Source: an uncultured Desulfosarcina sp.
Lineage (GTDB): Bacteria; Desulfobacterota; Desulfobacteria; Desulfobacterales; Desulfosarcinaceae
Direction: 5' to 3'
Length of the DNA: 64,000 nt
Assembly: GCA_963674945.2 (NCBI GenBank)
Contig: CAXXWQ010000004.1
Location: forward strand, 3,168,001-3,232,000
In this document: piece by piece, positions 61,774 through 64,000 of the stretch
How the letters are laid out: every line of letters begins with the position of its first letter
How positions within the stretch are numbered: position 1 is the first letter of the stretch
Notes under the pieces: model-generated
Database searches by the model: none
What the model was told of the DNA's origin: nothing
The model's input: the letters and a program-made list of their open reading frames with translations, nothing else
Program-made: the position numbers and the translations under genes

Positions 61774-62189
61774 CGGCGGTGATGAAAGCTGGGTGTCTGC
61801 ATGCAATTGGACAATCATACCATTAGAATCCAGCAAATCAATATCAGCAGCGATACTAACGTTACCGGAATACCGACGGCTGCGTGCTGCAAAAATGTTA
61901 TTTTAATATTGAAGCGTTCTGCCTGTTCCACGACTATCAGATTTGCTATGCTGCCCAACAAAAAGAAATTTCCGGCAAAGGTACTCGACACAGCCAGCGT
62001 GTACCATTGGGCATGTTCAAGGGGATCAAGAGACCCAGTGAGTAACATTGTTGCCGGTACATTGCTGAACAGGTTGCTCGTTACTGCGGAAACCCCTGTC
62101 AATATCGGCAGGTTATGCAGATTCATCCCCATATTGGATAGCCGGTTCATCAAAATGGCAAGATAGCCACTTTGAGAAATACCATGGAT

Positions 62190-63595
62190 CACTCTTGTCC
62201 AAGAACCGATTTGAACAGAAGTAATTCGATAAGCACTTGAAAAAAAGCCTCCTTGTAAGGCATGGTTTAATCGCCAAAAGAAACCGTTAGCCAAACAAAG
62301 GAGGCAGACAGATGGTACGCCATGCAAGCTTGTTCAGTCAACTGGTTGCTTTGTTTCATCGAGGTCAATTTTTCAATCTGGTTTTTCGTCATCAAGCTGA
62401 ACGTTACGCAAAAGGCTTCAGCAGTTGGGACCATTTTGTAGCCATGCTTTTTTGTCAACTGGCTCAAGCCAAGAGTCTGCGTGAAATTTGTGGCGGATTA
62501 TCCTGTTGCCTTGGCAAACTCCGTCACCTTGGGGTGAAAAAGGCGCCGAACAAATCCACGTTGTCCTATGCCAATGCCCATCGGCCCTGGCAAATGTATC
62601 GCGACCTTTTTTACCAGACACTTGATGTGTGCAAGATGACAGGTCCAGGCAAACATCGGTTCCGATTTAAAAATAAGTTGCTGTCGCTGGACAGTTCAAC
62701 CATTTCGCTGTGTTTGTCGCTTTTTCCGTGGGCAAAATTCCGCCAGACCAAGGGGGCCGTTAAACTTCACTTGCTATTGGATCATGACGGGTATCTGCCG
62801 ACCTATGCTTATATCTCCAACGGCAAAAAGCATGATGTCACCATTGCCCGTAAGATTCCTCTGTCACCCCAATCGATCGTCGCCATGGATCGGGGGTATA
62901 ATGATTATCGGCTATTTGCCTACTGGACGGAAAATCAGATCTATTTTGTCACCCGTTTAAAGGACAATGCCGATTACACGGTGATTGAACAACGACAGGT
63001 CCCTTTCAATAGAAACATCCTGTCCGACGAATTGATCCAGTTCAACGGTCACTACGCTCGTAAGAATTGTCCCCACACGCTACGAAAGGTAACCGTTTGG
63101 GATAAAGAACAGGATCGTGAAATCGTATTGCTGACCAATCATCTGGAATTTGGGGCCACCACAATATCCGCCATTTACAAAGATCGATGGCAAATAGAAT
63201 TGTTCTTCAAGGCACTCAAACAGAATCTGAAGGTGAAAACCTTTGTTGGAACCAGCGAGAATGCGCTGTATATCCAGATTTGGACAGCATTAATTGCCAT
63301 GCTGCTAATCAAGTACCTGAAGTTTAAGTCCCGATTCAATTGGTCGTTGTCAAATCTGGTTGCTTTTCTCAGATGGAATCTTTTTACTTACAGGGATTTA
63401 TGGGAATGGATCGACAAGCCATTTGATGTCCTTCCCGGAACGACTCAGTCTGTCCAATATCCTCTTCCGTTTAAGGGAATTGGACAGCACCAACTGAAAG
63501 AGGCAACCTGATTCTGAAGTTAGGCGGATTTCTCGCCTAACACGTTGAAATATCAAAGAGCAGTTGCGGGTTTCTGATTATTTTGGACAGCAATG
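62190..63595 (+). mobile_element. IS4-family insertion sequence (1406 bp)
   Basis: 9-bp duplication ACCATGGAT at 62181-62189 and 63596-63604; imperfect terminal IRs CACTCTTGTCCAAGAA / CATTGCTGTCCAAAAT. Confidence 0.93.
62312..63511 (+). CDS. IS4-family DDE transposase
   Basis: LDSSTI, MDRGY, YKDRWQIELFFKALKQ (YREK motif). Confidence 0.95.
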   Translation: MVRHASLFSQLVALFHRGQFFNLVFRHQAERYAKGFSSWDHFVAMLFCQLAQAKSLREICGGLSCCLGKLRHLGVKKAPNKSTLSYANAHRPWQMYRDLFYQTLDVCKMTGPGKHRFRFKNKLLSLDSSTISLCLSLFPWAKFRQTKGAVKLHLLLDHDGYLPTYAYISNGKKHDVTIARKIPLSPQSIVAMDRGYNDYRLFAYWTENQIYFVTRLKDNADYTVIEQRQVPFNRNILSDELIQFNGHYARKNCPHTLRKVTVWDKEQDREIVLLTNHLEFGATTISAIYKDRWQIELFFKALKQNLKVKTFVGTSENALYIQIWTALIAMLLIKYLKFKSRFNWSLSNLVAFLRWNLFTYRDLWEWIDKPFDVLPGTTQSVQYPLPFKGIGQHQLKEAT

Positions 63596-64000
63596 ACCAT
63601 GGATGATGATAAAAAGGGCAAGAAACAGTGTAATCAAGTGCCAGTCTACAAGGCCCATGATGTCTCTGGTTTTCATTTTTCGACTGCATAATAATATTCC
63701 TGCAATGCCGATCGCTGAGAATTCCCTTGGTATTGAAGAAAAGAACAATACCATGAGTATCGTGATCGCAAAGATCCCTTTTGAAGTTTGCCATTTGTCA
63801 AAGGCCTGCAGGGGTTCTTTTCTGTCGCCGATATATTTCACTTTGCAATAAAGCTTTTGTCGGTATCGCCGCAATATGATCAGATAGCTGGCGAAAAGAG
63901 CCACAAGCGAGGGCGGGCCGCACCAAAATAAGAATTCTGCAAACGCCAGACGACCGGTTTGACCAATCATCATATTCTGAGGGTTTCCGATGATTGTCGC

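Larger units (their letters stand above)
61815..64000 (-). pseudogene. SLC13/ArsB-like (YbiR-type) anion transporter interrupted by an IS; 5' end outside the window
   Basis: TIIGNPQNMMIG, VDWHLITLFLALFIIIHG then, after the IS, ISQSGYL...SNLFSNVPA...STFAGN. Confidence 0.88.

Overview
Chromosomal window of a moderately GC-rich bacterium. Gene content and order suggest a Desulfobacterota (Desulfobacterales-like) anaerobe; this is inference. Housekeeping and transport genes dominate: two LIV-type ABC systems (one with embedded acyl-CoA ligases), nadK, ktrAB, ptsH-ptsI-smpB-rsmA, dksA-PHP-rnc-radical SAM, fabD and sirC-ccsA-hemA. The most striking locus is an Fo-only ATP synthase operon (about 49.5-53.3 kb). 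It encodes a normal Na+-type c subunit plus a 324-aa four-hairpin fused c subunit whose two middle hairpins have lost the ion-binding Glu, which predicts a hybrid rotor. Other notable loci: FadL with a ketosynthase/chain-length-factor pair and no ACP; an orphan OleA; an Lrp-associated amine dehydrogenase-like/molybdoenzyme pair; a PP2C-double FHA-atypical kinase operon; a modular palindromic repeat family that sits at stop codons; two attC-like sites around methyltransferase genes; a probable group II intron 3' relic; and an IS4-family element with a 9-bp target duplication that disrupts an anion transporter. I recognised no rRNA, tRNA or CRISPR array.
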